A stretch of 64,000 bases of DNA from Bispira polyomma. Taxonomy: Eukaryota. The stretch covers positions 78,120,001 through 78,184,000 of the forward strand of contig OZ287753.1 of assembly GCA_965649765.1 (NCBI GenBank), given 5' to 3'. Below the pieces are notes generated by a model that was not told the DNA's origin, did not search any database, and saw only the letters and a program-made list of their open reading frames with translations. The position numbers were made by a program, and so were the translations under genes. Numbering within the stretch: position 1 is the stretch's first letter; the number at the start of each line of letters is the position of its first letter. Positions 38,270 to 51,400 of this stretch are shown piece by piece.

Positions 38270-41200
38270 GTAATATTCATTTTTCGTTTGTTTACATTTT
38301 TTGTGTAGTCACGTGATTAACAATGGCGAAACATGGGCCGTTTAGTTTATGCTGACTTAACAGAAACATGTCTGTCTGGCATATATTATTCACCCATTTG
38401 TATATATAAAGTTATGCTGAGGCAGAGGAAACACATCAGTTGTTTTTTACAGAGCTGACATGAAAGTCTTTTGTTTGAGAAGTTTGACCCTCGGCAGACG
38501 TGGCCTTTCGGATAATCGCCTTTTGTCTCGCTCACTGGCTTACCTTGCCCCCTCTTCTGTTTCTGAAGAAGACGGTAAGTTGCCTAGTTTACCAATTAGG
38601 GTTACCCTGCAAATTAATGACAATTTGTCATGAAAGGTAAAGTATGATGTTCAACAGGGTTTCCGACGTACACGGGTGGTACGAATTCTGGACAGAATTT
38701 GATGTTTTTACTTAAATTTAAGTATGTTGCATAAGATAAAATAAAAAGTCAAATGTACTGAAATAGGTATACATGAAACACTTGTCATACATCAATATAA
38801 ATGAAAAATCTTTTGACAGATTCTTTAAAATAAGGTTTTAAATTTGTTTATATGTCGAGTCAAGTGGTATGAATTCTGGACAGTTTTGCGGCTAGGAGGA
38901 AGTGTAAGGCTGAGTGTCACCTAGGGATTCAATTGTGCAGAAATAGCTTTTCTGTATGCTTCTTTATCTTATTTCCTGTTATTATTATTTTTATTTCCAT
39001 AACTTTCTTATTAAATCTGAAATAAACAATATTTTATCAGGTCACTACATTGCCACCATAAGAAATAAGTAGATGTACTCAAAACACCTATATGCAAATG
39101 CATTATATAGGACTAACTTGTATCTGTAACTATACATTTAAATTATGATTTATTATATATTTTGTCATTTTTTTTAGTAAGAAGACATTCAGTAGTGTAA
39201 AATAAATTACAAAATATTTAGTTTGACATGATAGTTTATGTGTATTTTCTGGTATTTCCATATTTTATTTATTGTCCAGAATTCGTACCAGCCAGAATTC
39301 TTACCACCCGTGTACCTAAAAAAATTACGTTTATCGTAAAATACAATTGATGATCGTTGAGGTTTTCGGCATACTTAATGAAATTACGGTTACTGTAACA
39401 TTTGACACATTAAACATCGGGATCCGTTATGTATCATTTTGATCAGACATCTGTCACCTGACACGTTATTGCTTTGGTTAATTAGCGAAAAGATCCTGTA
39501 CTAAAAATAACATGTCTTTAGAACCATTATTACCGATGCTAACTTTTCCGAGATTTAAAACTGTCTGAGTAAATATTAAAATTACTTTTTGTTTTAGATG
39601 GATTGCAAGGATTGCGGAAATTTTGCTCCAAAAGAAAGAGAAAATTTACAGTTAGTGCTCATTGTAAAATATTCACATTCTTTTTCTTTTATACTGTTAG
39701 GTTGTAATATAACATACCATGGTAAGTTTGATATTCAATATTAACTTTTGAGGCATACTAGTAAGTGTGCTGCCATAGAATACATCCTCACACTTCCAGT
39801 TATTCTGGTTGGTTGGCTGAATTAATATTTTGTCAAATACACCCAAAATGGTCTGTCTAATGAAAACTTACAACAAATAAATTCCAATACATATATATTT
39901 TGCCTTTATTTTCAGTTATACCAGCTTTTAGTCGGTTACATGTTAGATATTAAACAACTATTCACAGCCGATACAAATAATTAAAGGGGACTAACCGACT
40001 TTAAATTTTGAAGACTTCATATCACTCCTGCAAAAGCACTAAAAGTTCATCAAAATCAAGTGTTTAAAAGTGGTTGCGGTTAATTAATAATATAATATGA
40101 CCTAAGCTGTTACAAGCGACAGAAAATCTATCTTAATCCAAAATTCAGAAATAAACAAGCATGTAACCTATGGAAGATAATGACCATTTTGAATCCTTCA
40201 TACGTCGGAAATATTTCTGATTAATCAATCTTGCATACGATGGCTCGAATCCCATGATAACTAATTTTAAAGATGCATGTCAGGTTAAGATATGTTACAA
40301 CTTACAATAGGTTAAGTGTAACCTCTTTTTGTTTCATTAACTTGATTTAAAATTTTATCTTTCAGGTGTCAATTGAAGGGAATATTGGTTGTGGGAAGTC
40401 CACTTTGCTCAACTATTTTCAAAGCTGTCCTTCTGTTGAGGTAACATTAGTTTTTATTGTTTAAAACTTTAAATACTTTTATGTTTTAGGGAACAAAACA
40501 GTAACTGTTTGCATATGGGTCTGCGAACTCAAAAAGGACAAGTAAGCCACAATTCTTACAGTCTTAGCCCAAAAATTCAGTGACTCAACTTAAAACAGAG
40601 ATATCTTGATTGCAGTAAAGTTGCTATTACTGACCTTCCAAGCGATGAGATGTGGCTAGATTTTTAAATGAAAACTATTAGGCCAGTGTTCATCTTGTCC
40701 CATGCACTTTGGAGGGAATATACAAGTTTTCACTTAGTTTAGAGTTTTCTTTGAATATTCTATAGTATAAGAATAATAGTAAGTTATTTATGTATGTGTG
40801 TATTTTATTTTGACATTGCCTTTGATTGGTGTGTTGATTTGATCAGTAAGACGTCATTATACCTAGTGCTGTAAAAACGTAGGTGTGTGGTTCGACACGA
40901 CACAATTTCATTTTCCAAGCAAGTTAGGGAAGTATGCAAGTCTTGTTTCATCCAGATGAGAGATCTCAACAGGGTTAGGCATCATTTGTTAACTAGCAAT
41001 GCTACAATAATCGCAGATGCCTTGGTTACAAGCCCTCTAGATTGCTGTGATTCTCTTGAAAAGTCTATCAAAAGGGGATATCTGTACACTCCAATGTATC
41101 CAAACCTCACTGCCAGAATAGTCGCCAACCGCTCCAAGTACTCTTATATCACTCCGGTCCTCAGAAGTCTTCACTGGTTGCCTATTGAGTTTAGATCTGT

Positions 41201-44200
41201 ATTCAAAACAGCTACTCTAGTTTATAAATTCTTTAACTCTGGTCTTCCACTTTATTTGAGCCCATACCTTACACCTTATACATGCAGTTACAACACTAGA
41301 AGGAGTAATTCAGAAAAAGGATTCCTTACTGTTCTGAGATTTGTCTCAAGCTTTGTCTCAGTTCATAAATTTAAACGTTACTTCAACAATAGTTTTGCTC
41401 ATGATGCCCCAATGCTTTGGAATGGTCTACCTGTAGAAGTTTGTTGTGCATCCTCGCTCACATCCTTTTGGTAAAAACTTACCTATTTGACAATGCTCTT
41501 TCCCTGTAGCCCAAAATACTAACAGTGTCTCCACGGTACTGACCCATGCCTGTCCAATGATAATCCAAAATTAAATAATGATTTTGTTTGCGCCTTAGAA
41601 TCTCCTATTGCGCCTTAGAATCTCCTATTATGGAGAGATTAAGTGCTATATAAGTTAGTTTAGATTAGATTATACCTATATTAGTGGTACAGTAAAAATT
41701 AGTATTACAAATTTCTTATTTTTAAATTACATTTTTTCCCCCTTCTATTTCAGTCATTAAAGGAGCCAGTAGAACAATGGACCTCTCTAAAGGGTCACAA
41801 TCCATTGGTAAGAAATACTAAGCTGTCACATATATATGCCTGATATGTTAAAAATACGACTGCTTTGTAATAAAAAAAAAAAAAAAAGATTCTAAGTTAT
41901 GTTTTAGAGATGTATTTATAAAATAATACAACCCTAATATTGATAGTCATTTAAACTATCTGTAATATTGATACGCAAGGTGTTTAGTTGTTGTGGGGAT
42001 TTTAGGCCACAATTTTGGGTATTCGTGAAAACTTGAGCTGCAGAAACAACAAACCTTGCATCAGTTTTGTAACTTAAACTTCATATTTACAAAAATATAT
42101 AAATATCTCGTCGTTTTAGACTTCTGTCACTGTTATACGTCGCATCAATGTCATCATAGTTCCATATCGCGGAAGACGGTTTTACAGTCATAACTAAAGC
42201 TGCAAGTCAAGAGTAAAACCTATTTCAACTAAATAAAGTGCTAATACAAAACTAAATTGAGCTATTTTGTTCATTTTTCCAGGGTATAATTTCAAATTTA
42301 CATGTTTTTCAATAGATTTTGTTTACATCTGCCGCCATTTTGTTAGACTGGTTTCTGGGATTGGCGCATACTAAATTCGCGGGTACCCGTTTTTGGACCG
42401 GTTAGACGCTAGCGATTATTCGGGCCGTTTTTTAGAGCCCGTCTCACCCCTAAATTTAATAAAGAAAACTTCTTTTGTTTTATTCATTTCTTTCAGAAAT
42501 TACTGTATGAAGACCCAGAAAGATGGTGCTTTTCATTCAACAACTATGCCATGCTGACTCGGTTAGAAATGCATAAATTAAAATCTGTAAGTATAGAATT
42601 TTTGGGAAACTTAACCGAGAGAGTATCTGGGAAATTCAAGTTCTCTATAGAAAAACAGCAACTGTAACAGTTTTTTTTAAGTAGAACCCTGTTAAGTTTA
42701 GTTCCATTATATGTTAAAAAAATTCTGTTATTCCACATAATTTGTAGTACCAATAAAATCGACCTGTTAAGCGGAAATCCAGCTGGAGTGTACATACTAT
42801 TCCCTGCGTCCAATGTCTGGGAGGGGTGTTACGTTAACTCAATCAGTTTCTTAATAAAATTAAATGGCAGCTGTTGTTGCCGATGTGGAATAGCTTTCCG
42901 GCCATTTAAAGGACAAGCGCTGCACATAGCTTCACCAGATTTAATACATGGGTTTATCAGTTTTAGGAAAAAGCTTAAAACCTATCTTTTTAATCTTGCC
43001 TACCCACCTTAGCTTCCCTCGTGCACGCTCACACTTCCTTCCTAACGACTTTGCAATGTCCATGGACTCAATGATTGGACCAATGATTCTGCTGTTGTGC
43101 TTTAGAAGATGCCCAGCATCAATAGAGCGTGTTAGAAATCTATAATAATATCACAGGTATAGCTTGTTTGGGATTGTTTTTTCCGTTCACACATGATAAT
43201 ATGTATGAGTTTTACCGCAGAAACAATGTCCAGTTTCAGACAACCTGCGCCAATCTTGCCTAATTATCCTATCAGCTGCTACATGATATGATTTACAGGC
43301 TAATTGTTGACCTATAAAAACTACGTGCCTTAATCTACTTATTGTTTCTTTTATTTTGCAGCAACTACCAGTAAAAATAATAGAAAGATCTTTGTTCAGC
43401 ACAAAGTATATTTTTGTGGAGAACAGTTATCGACAGTAAGTGTCTTTTTATAAGAAACTGCATAAAATCTCCCAATACCTGAAATTCTGTCACCAGAATT
43501 TTAAATATCAATGCCTTTCTAATTATTTTGATTGGTTATATATTTAGGTTTCAGTAAGTATTTGTTATAGCAAATAGTTTTGTATTAGTAGAGTTCACAT
43601 TTGTAGTACAAATATTGAAATGGATTTATGTTCCCACAGGGACATTATTTTTTGTGAAAGAAAATCACTTAGTTTTGACATAAGTTACCTGGTCTTAAAA
43701 ACAGAGCATCAAAAACAGTTTTCCACAAACAAAACAGTGGATGGAAGGCCTCTTGACTCCTTGCTAAATGTTTTACAAAAAACATCTCCTTGTCGGATTT
43801 GTCTATTAGTAAACTAAAAATTTGGTTTTTATAATTTAGAAGACATCCTGACATCCCAGTGATAATACCAAGATTAATTAACAAATTTGATAGCAACACT
43901 AGGTTTTAACATCTTATTGAAAGCCTTAGGTAATTTGACCTATTACAAATGCTGCCTAGCTGTATGTGCTCGTTTAAGAATTTTACACTTGCAGTAGTCA
44001 TTATTCTCATTGGTCGGTTAGTTGTGACGTCCCTATAGTATGTACGACGTATTCCAATCCTATGATCTCACATTTGTAGGGGACTCCTCACAGATCTGGA
44101 AAATGCAGTGCTCTCAGAGTGGTTTGAACATATCATCAAAAGCAAAGACATTGGGGTCGATTTGTTTGGTATGTTGTCAGTTTTTAGTTTAAAAAGTAAA

Positions 44201-47200
44201 ATTCAAAATTATTAGATTGTAGTGTGCTGGTTCACTATATTTTTAATGTGAAGATAACAGCAGCATTTTTATAACAGTGATCTATCCCATTCTGAGTTTT
44301 AGGCGAAGAATAACATGCGTAAATTTCCAGTTCATAGTTTAAGATGCTGTGTGGATTGTACTAGTACTTCGAATTTTCAACGTTGATAAACTCTTGTATC
44401 CCAACTCGGTTCCCTTGGTACCATCTCGCGGCCCTGCTTTGCAATGCTTCAGCACTGCTTTCTTCCAACATTGAATCTTGCCGACATGATGAGAAATAAG
44501 TTTTCGAAAGTGACGTAAACCAAATTCAAATGGTTTGCCCATGAGACAGTTGCTTAGACCCAGTGGTGTGCAGTACAGAATATTTACCAACATACCTACA
44601 CTACTGTCTAAATTCCCAGCCTTCCATCTCTGAGGTCATGGGCTTGAATCTCGGCCGCGACTTTATGTGTGAAAGTTGGCAATTACTTGCCGATGCCCAG
44701 TGGTTTACAGTGCGAAAAATGGACCAACTTGTATGCACTGCTTTCCCCCACTAATGAAATTATCTGTTGTGATATGACCCATACAATGTGTTAAAGCGAT
44801 ATGACCCATACAATGTGTTGAAGTCAACGATAAACCCAAATCAAATTATTATTTTTTCAATTCAGTGAAGTTCTTGCCATTATAAAATGCATTGCTTTCA
44901 AAAGCAACAATGTGCTAGAACAAGTTTGGTTGAATTTGTTTGGGATTTATGTCGCTTTCAATAGCTTAGGTCATATCGCAATGGCCCGATTCAATGGTTG
45001 GAAAAAAAAACCACCAACCTACAGCAACTACCTTGCAAACTCCCACTATGAAGGAACAAACAGGATTCGAACCCACATTGGTGAGAGACCGTTGATTGTG
45101 AAGCAGACACTTTTAACCTCTAGGTCACCGCAACAAACCAAAATCTATGACAGATGAGTTAGCACAGAATTAATATTGTTACTTTTGTGACTTTTCAGTG
45201 TATTTGAGAGCCCCTCCAGATGTCTGTTACGAGAGATTAAAGAGTCGAAACAGGAAGGAAGAAGTGGGTGTACCGTATGTAAGTACAGAATATGTAACAT
45301 TTTAAAATTGAAGTGGAACGTTTAATTTCACTTCTGAACATTCTAAATAAAGTATGTAGAAGAAGATAAAACAATGCAGTAATCATTCAGGAATACATGA
45401 ATTTCTTTTTTACATTGATTGTAACCTCCCCAATATTTATGTACGCTAGAATGAGAATGGACTTCCTCTCATATTTAGGACCTTATTATGTGTAAAACCT
45501 ACTAGGGATGATTTGAGGTTATTATTAATAAAGTATGTGTCTAGTAAATTTTGTTTATATTGGCCTATAATTTAAAAAAGTAGAGAATGACCTTTATATT
45601 GATTTATAATACAAACCAAACAAATTCAGATAATTATGATTCTCGAGCTTGGGATGAAAACCTGTTAAGGTTCTGTTTTGGGCCCTCTGTTGTTCTCATT
45701 ATACACGGCCCCTCTCAGATTGGTTATTGGCAAATACACAGGAATAAAGTTTCATTTTTATGCAGATGATACCCAAATTTATGTGCACCTATCCCATAAA
45801 AACACATCTACTGTCTTTGAACAGTTGAACAGGTGCCTTGACGATGTGAAAGAGTGGATGTCAACTGGTAAACTCAAACTTAATCCCGACAAGACTGAGT
45901 TCATAATCTTTGGCTCAAAACAACAGAGGGATAAGTTGAAAGCATTGTTTCCAGTTGACATCCTGGGTAGCCCTTTCAGTCCAGCTGATTCTGTCAAGAA
46001 CCTGGGTGTATGGTTTGACTCTGACTTTTCTTTCTCTAAACACGTTCAGAATGTCTGCAAAAGCTGTTTTATGCAATTCTGTGACTTTAGACGTGTCAGA
46101 CGGTTTCTCACTTATGATGCTTCTATAATTGTGGCCAATGCTTTTGTCAGTAGTAGACTGGATTACTGCAATTCACTTTTCAGGAGTCTCAAAGTTTAAT
46201 TTACGCAAATTACAATGCATTCAAAATAGTGCAGCTAGAATTGTGTCAAACACCAGTCGATACACTAGTATAACTCCTGTTCTTAAGAAATTGCATTGGC
46301 TCCCTGTTGAACAGCGTTCAGTGTTTAAGACAGCTACACTTGTTTATAAGTTTCTCCACACTGGGTTTCCAAAGTATTTTGCCCCATATCTTTCTACTTA
46401 CAGTAGTTCCTACAATACCAGACATAGTCAGAGTGGTAGTAATTTCCTTGTTGTTCCGAAGTTCCACCCATCTACTCAAAAGTCGGTTAAACAGTTTGGT
46501 CACAGCTTTGCTTTTGATGCTCCCATTGTTTGAAATGGTCTTCCTGATGTGATTCGTGCGTCCCCCTCACTAGCCTGTTTTAGAAAGAAGCTTAAAACCC
46601 ACTTGTACACTAAAGCATATCCACCTTAGTCTCAATCATCCCCCGGCGCGCTCTATGTTGCTGACCCTTTTTCTGTCCCTTGATTTTGGAAATTGGATAA
46701 CTGTCTTTTGTGCTGGTGCGCCTTAGAGTCCCCTTTGTTAAGGGGAGATTAAGCGCAATAAAAGTCTAATTACAATTACAATTAAGGGGTTTAGTCAGTA
46801 GCACCGATACAAAGTCCAAAGACCATAAAATTCAAACAGAAAGCAGTAACCATGGCAATAGTTTTCATTGGATCCTGCATAAAAACCTAATCGGTTCTAA
46901 TTCTCTTTGGAACACACCTGTACACCAACTTGGTGAAAATGTATGACATTGTTCAAAAGTTATTGCTCCGGTTAAAGTTTTTGGTTAGAAATGCCTGCTT
47001 TACAATCACTGGCTTCTCACCAATGTCTGTTTGAATCATGTTCGTTGTTTCATGTGGGAAAGTTTGTTAGGTACTTACCATATGTCGGTGTTTTACAGTT
47101 CTTCATCACTGGTTTCTGCCATCATTAAATCTGGCTGTTGTAATATGACCTAAGCTGGTAACAAAGAACAAAATATTTTGTATATTAGATTTTGCATTTT

Positions 47201-48488
47201 TTTCTGCCAGGAATTCATTGAACAATTGCACCACTTACATGAAGACTGGTTAATTCACCAAAGAAGTCAAACAGTTCCGGGACCTATACTGGTGAGTGCC
47301 TGTCTCGTCCTTGTATCTGCTAGATTTTTGCAAGAGAAAAGTATTCGCTCTATGTAACTGTTTTATATCTGACTCCATATTCTGTCTCCATATTATTTTA
47401 ATGGACAGCAGTAAGTCAATGTATGTGTGGTTCAGGTTTCATGAAAATTTTGATTGATACTGATTTGGTGGGGAGGTCACAGGATAAGTATAGTGACAAT
47501 TGCTGGGCAGAAATAAATATGTGAAACTCGAGATCCAGAGTTCAAAGAAAAGGTTTTGTTTGGGCTGCAAGTTTATGTCTACATAAAATCGGATGTAGTC
47601 GATTTCTATTCAATTGGGTTTAACTGTATAAGTAAAATGTATTCGAAAAATGACTTCCTTTCTATTGTCCCCAAATTTTGTGTTTCTACTGCTTTAGGCT
47701 GCAGCTTAGTCGTTAGAAGTGCTTGCTAATAATCACTGCCCTCTCATCATAGTGGGTTTGAATCAAGTTTGTTCCTTTATGTGGGAAAGTCTCTCAAATA
47801 CTTGCTGTTGGTTGATGATTTACAGTACTTGAGTACTGGTTTCTTCCACCATTGAATCTGACCATTGTGATATGACCTGAGCTGTTGGAAGCGATGTAAA
47901 ACCCAATTAACTTCAAATTTGAATCCTACTGTTTTAAACGGATATGTCTCTTCTATTTTTATAAACTTAAACATCTTAATTCCTTCCAGCATGTTCAGCA
48001 AATAAGAGGTTTTGTACTGTATATTCAGCAGATTTACAGGTTTTCTTTTGGTGTAATGGTTATGGAGTTGGTCTGGTGATCAGAAGGTCCTGGGTTTAAC
48101 TCCCACACTGGTCGCTAGTTTCATTTGGTGGAATAACCTCCTTGGGCAAGCGGTAAACACAAGTTTATCTAGTGGGTCAGATGACCACTTAAAATGGTGG
48201 TGTCACTGAGTTTTATCTCCAGTGGCAGTTCGAAGACCCTTGTGGACATTGATAAATGGTCAGCCTCGGCACCCATAGTGGCTGCCTATGGGGATCGTAT
48301 ACCGTATAAGTGCGCTATAATTCATATCACATGCTATGTTATTACAGGTTCTGGATGCCAGTCAGGAACTGCCGCGCATGAAGGAGTTGTATGAAGAATA
48401 CAGATCCGAGATCTTGTGTGGTTGTGAGTGTGTGGAGACACAAACTGTAGCAAGCGACACTCTCCCTCTCTCCAGTTTAGCTCATTGA
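38221..48488 (+). CDS. dnk: Deoxyribonucleoside kinase gene (Dm-dNK/TK2/dCK family), spliced. ~261 aa from exon 1a or ~283 aa from exon 1b
   Basis: Hand-assembled GT-AG exons with consistent phases. Motifs: P-loop [28 protein letters not shown] motif (IERSLFS), lid [10 protein letters not shown] and [10 protein letters not shown], colinear with Drosophila dNK as recalled. Confidence 0.93.
38460..38574 (+). CDS. dNK candidate exon 1b, mitochondrial-presequence-like ([38 protein letters not shown]), phase-1 end
   Basis: ATG at 38460, R/L/S-rich with few acidic residues, consensus donor G|GTAAGT at 38575. A possible acceptor ttttttacag ends at 38452. Confidence 0.7.
38671..39312. mobile_element. 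Tc1/mariner-type MITE in dNK intron 1
   Basis: TA|CACGGGTGGTACGAATTCTGG ... CCAGAATTCTTACCACCCGTG|TA. Confidence 0.85.
39598..39650 (+). CDS. dNK exon 2 ([18 protein letters not shown])
   Basis: Acceptor tttttgttttag and donor GTTAGT. Joins in frame to give FT|VSIEGNIG, as in the dNK family. Confidence 0.8.
40366..40440 (+). CDS. dNK exon 3, P-loop ([25 protein letters not shown])
   Basis: tttcag| ... |gtaaca. Walker A motif EGNIGxGKST. Confidence 0.95.
40860..41672 (+). mobile_element. L2-clade LINE 3' fragment in a dNK intron
   Basis: VCKSCF, LHWLP, SFAHDAP..WNGLP, gcgccttagaatctcctat tail (duplicated 20-mer), (TAGAT)n. Confidence 0.9.
41754..41807 (+). CDS. dNK exon 4 ([18 protein letters not shown])
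   Basis: tttcag| ... |gtaaga. Catalytic EP..W motif. Confidence 0.93.
42497..42586 (+). CDS. dNK exon 5 ([30 protein letters not shown])
   Basis: tttcag| ... |gtaagt. Y.DP.RW motif. Confidence 0.93.
42930..43150 (+). mobile_element. L2-type 3' end fragment
   Basis: [16 protein letters not shown] followed by a 3' tail. Confidence 0.7.
43362..43435 (+). CDS. dNK exon 6 ([25 protein letters not shown])
   Basis: ttgcag| ... |gtaagt. ERS motif. Confidence 0.95.
44080..44168 (+). CDS. dNK exon 7 ([29 protein letters not shown])
   Basis: ttgtag| ... |gtatgt. Phases 2/1 match the neighbouring exons. Confidence 0.92.
45199..45278 (+). CDS. dNK exon 8, lid region ([27 protein letters not shown])
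   Basis: tttcag| ... |gtaagt. YLR..P...R...R.R.EE motif. Confidence 0.95.
45667..46783 (+). mobile_element. Young 5'-truncated L2-clade LINE in a dNK intron
   Basis: [35 protein letters not shown]. One frameshift (~46190) and one stop (46531). (ATTACA)n tail with ttaagg on both flanks. Confidence 0.95.
47211..47291 (+). CDS. dNK exon 9 ([27 protein letters not shown])
   Basis: tgccag| ... |gtgagt. HEDWL motif. Confidence 0.95.
48045..48322 (+). mobile_element. tRNA-derived SINE (CORE/Meta-like), ending ~25 nt before the last dNK acceptor
   Basis: ggtgtaatgg A-box-like start, gggtttaactccc B-box-like, ccttgggcaag (CORE-like), and an L2-like tail aagtgcgctataa. Confidence 0.65.
48348..48488 (+). 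CDS. dNK last coding exon ([46 protein letters not shown])
   Basis: ttacag|, VLDA motif, TGA at 48486-48488. Confidence 0.9.
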   Translation, partial: VLDASQELPRMKELYEEYRSEILCGCECVETQTVASDTLPLSSLAH

Positions 48489-51400
48489 TATATAGATCTT
48501 CCTTTGTATTTAGCTGTACAAATGTACCGTATATAATATATGTGAGTCATACAAATGCACTATGTGCAGCACCTGGGCATTTATTACAGAATTGTGTTGT
48601 TGCTGGCTTCCGTTTCAAAGTATCGTTGTTTTGGTACTCGGCTAGTGTAAAATGTAGTTGAGTGACAGATTGTGTAATCAGTACGTTGTTAAAATTATGT
48701 TTTCTTTTGCAATGCAGTTGGAACAAAAAAACCAAACTGTTCTTTCTAAAACCCCAAAATGTGTTTTCATATTTTATTCTATGTGAATGCTCTGTGAAAT
48801 GTTATTAATAATTTAAGCTGGTCTTACGCTAACTGGCTTATATTTTAAATGTACTAAAACTAAACTATGTGGAGTTTCATGTGATCTTTTTGTAAGACAG
48901 ATCAAGTCAATTCAGCAGAATGTATATGTTTAGAGAACAGATTTAAATAATAAGGATCTTTAGGTAGGAGGGGCTGTGGTGGCCTAGTGATTATAACTAG
49001 TACTGCGAGATCGGTGCAATAAAAGAATTCAGTGTTGGGTACTTCCAAACGAACAAACTATTTTATGTCAAAGCCGTGGTGAACTGACATAACCTCAAAA
49101 AGTTATAAAAGCCCTCCAATTGACTTTATATTAATGCATTTCATCATAATTCACCTACAAACGATTTATATACTTTTAATTTTGCACAACATACACCAAA
49201 ACATCGGATATTTATAACTCTTCTATATGTCAAGAACTTGCTCCATATCGGCGATCACAAAGACTAATATAATACTTTGTTGAATTTCTGGAGTTCTCGA
49301 ACATGCAAATTTGACCGAATCGGCTCCAAACCTTGTTTTCAGTCTAATCCGAGCAAACTTTTGATCTTCGGTGAACCAAAGTGAAACTAGCGAATCAGGA
49401 GCTCAAAACCGAGAATGAAAGGAAATATGTCCTCACTGTTCAAAAGCTTTCTTAACATTGCTTTATAATGTTACTTGTCATCATGTACATATATCTATCA
49501 ATATACAGGGAAATAGTTCTATTTTCTTTATGGGTTTGGAGGAAGCAAGCTTTTTGGTGGGAAAATGGAAGCTGTACAAAATAGAAGAGACAGAGTCGGG
49601 GAAACCGCTGTAGCTTTACTTTCTACTGTATTTGGGGTGTTGTTTTTTTATAAAGTTTATATTGGGGTGTGAACGGGTAACTGGTGATTCTGTTACGGTC
49701 TAGTTTTATCTGTAATAGTTGACTACTTAAACATTTATGAAAACTAATATAAACTGCCTGTTTAATATGTTTTCATGACCTACACAATAACTTTGATCTA
49801 ATTTTTGCAGCTAATGTACGCTTTCCTTATAATTTCCAATTGTAGCCCACATATTTACTAGTTTTGGGCTGCAAGACTTCGTTTACATCAGCCGCCATAT
49901 TGGTAGACTGGTTTCTGAAATAGGTGCATACTAAATTCGCAAGTACCTGGATTCGGGACATTTGCAAATACTCTGGCTGCATTTTTGGTACCTGTCCCAC
50001 TCCTAGTATTTACAAAGTCCATTGTATTGTGTTTGTAGAGAAACCATTGTATCTACTCTATTGGGTTAGTGTTTTTTTAATCAAGTTCATACTCTTGTGT
50101 ATTTAAAATCAAATTTAGTTATGGTATTGTCACACAATAGAAAACAGGATAGAATTTAAGGTGTACTTCAATTGTATTTGGTACAGTACCTTGGCTAATG
50201 TGCGTCGCATGTTCAGCTTACTGAAAGTCCTAGTATTTGATTTAATCTCCAAATGTTTTTGATATGTATATAGATATGTATAATAAAATTAGCAATACAA
50301 TATACTGTTACAAGTGCTTGTGTGTTTAATACTCCTCCTAATCACCAAACAACTGTGGTGACGTGTCTTAACATCTCTCTGTGTAAGTGATACAGGTGTG
50401 CTTAACCGAAAGTTGTAATGAATTTCAAGGCGCCATTATTTGCTTGAAATTAGGGACAAACACCCCCCACATGTAAAAAGCTTCTAACATAATTTTATTT
50501 TTTAAATTATACTGTGTTTCATTCCTACTTGAAGTTTAGTTAGCCTTTAGAAAACTTATTAATGGTGAAACTATCTTTTATACTGGAGGAAAGCTTTCTT
50601 ACAAAGAGCGATATTTTGGTGGTCTTATATGATGTGGTTTGAACTAACACATGAACACAACTGAAAATGTAATTTTACAATGTTTTTAAAATGTCGCCGC
50701 ATTGCTTGCAGTCATTTCTTGTGTTCAAAGGAGAGTCTGAATTCTTTGTCGAAGATTCTCATATTGTGATGTAGATCTCATTTTATGGTCTGTTGTAAAT
50801 AGACAAACTGTAATACTATAAGTTGTAAAATGTATATTGTAAGTTATTAAAACACTGCTGTAGTGGGGACCTAGGCTTTAATTAAAAGAATATGTATTTT
50901 AAGAAGATACGCAATAACTAATCATTAATTATCGACCCCAAGAAAAAACTATCGCTGGGAACTGAAGGAATTTTTTCTGTAATAGGTTACAGATAGCTGT
51001 GGTCACTGAAACACACACCAGACTACTTCTGGCATTCAAGAATGATCCGTATAACTTTTGCGACAAACTAAAGGAAATTAAAATAATATTTTTGGGGTGT
51101 CGATTGCTTGCTGACAGACATAGGTTCTGTGAGAACAAAATGTTGTCTGCTGCTAGCCAAACACCTAGGGATTAAAAGGGTTAACGAAATTTCTATATGG
51201 TTTAGCAAATAGTATAAAACCTGTAAGGCATAATTTTTAATTCATAGTAGGAGCTTATTTTGTCCTAGATTTAGTTGAAAATAAAGCCCATTAGCTTTTC
51301 TAATGGAAATGGCTGCCTTATGCAACCTATTTTGCATCAGCTAAACATTTTGTACCATATATAATTACTGACAGTAGTTTTATTCTATCAAGACTTCTAG

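Noticed and set aside
39598-39650. ATG at the start of exon 2 as the dNK start codon
   Set aside because: It is out of frame with the kinase domain.
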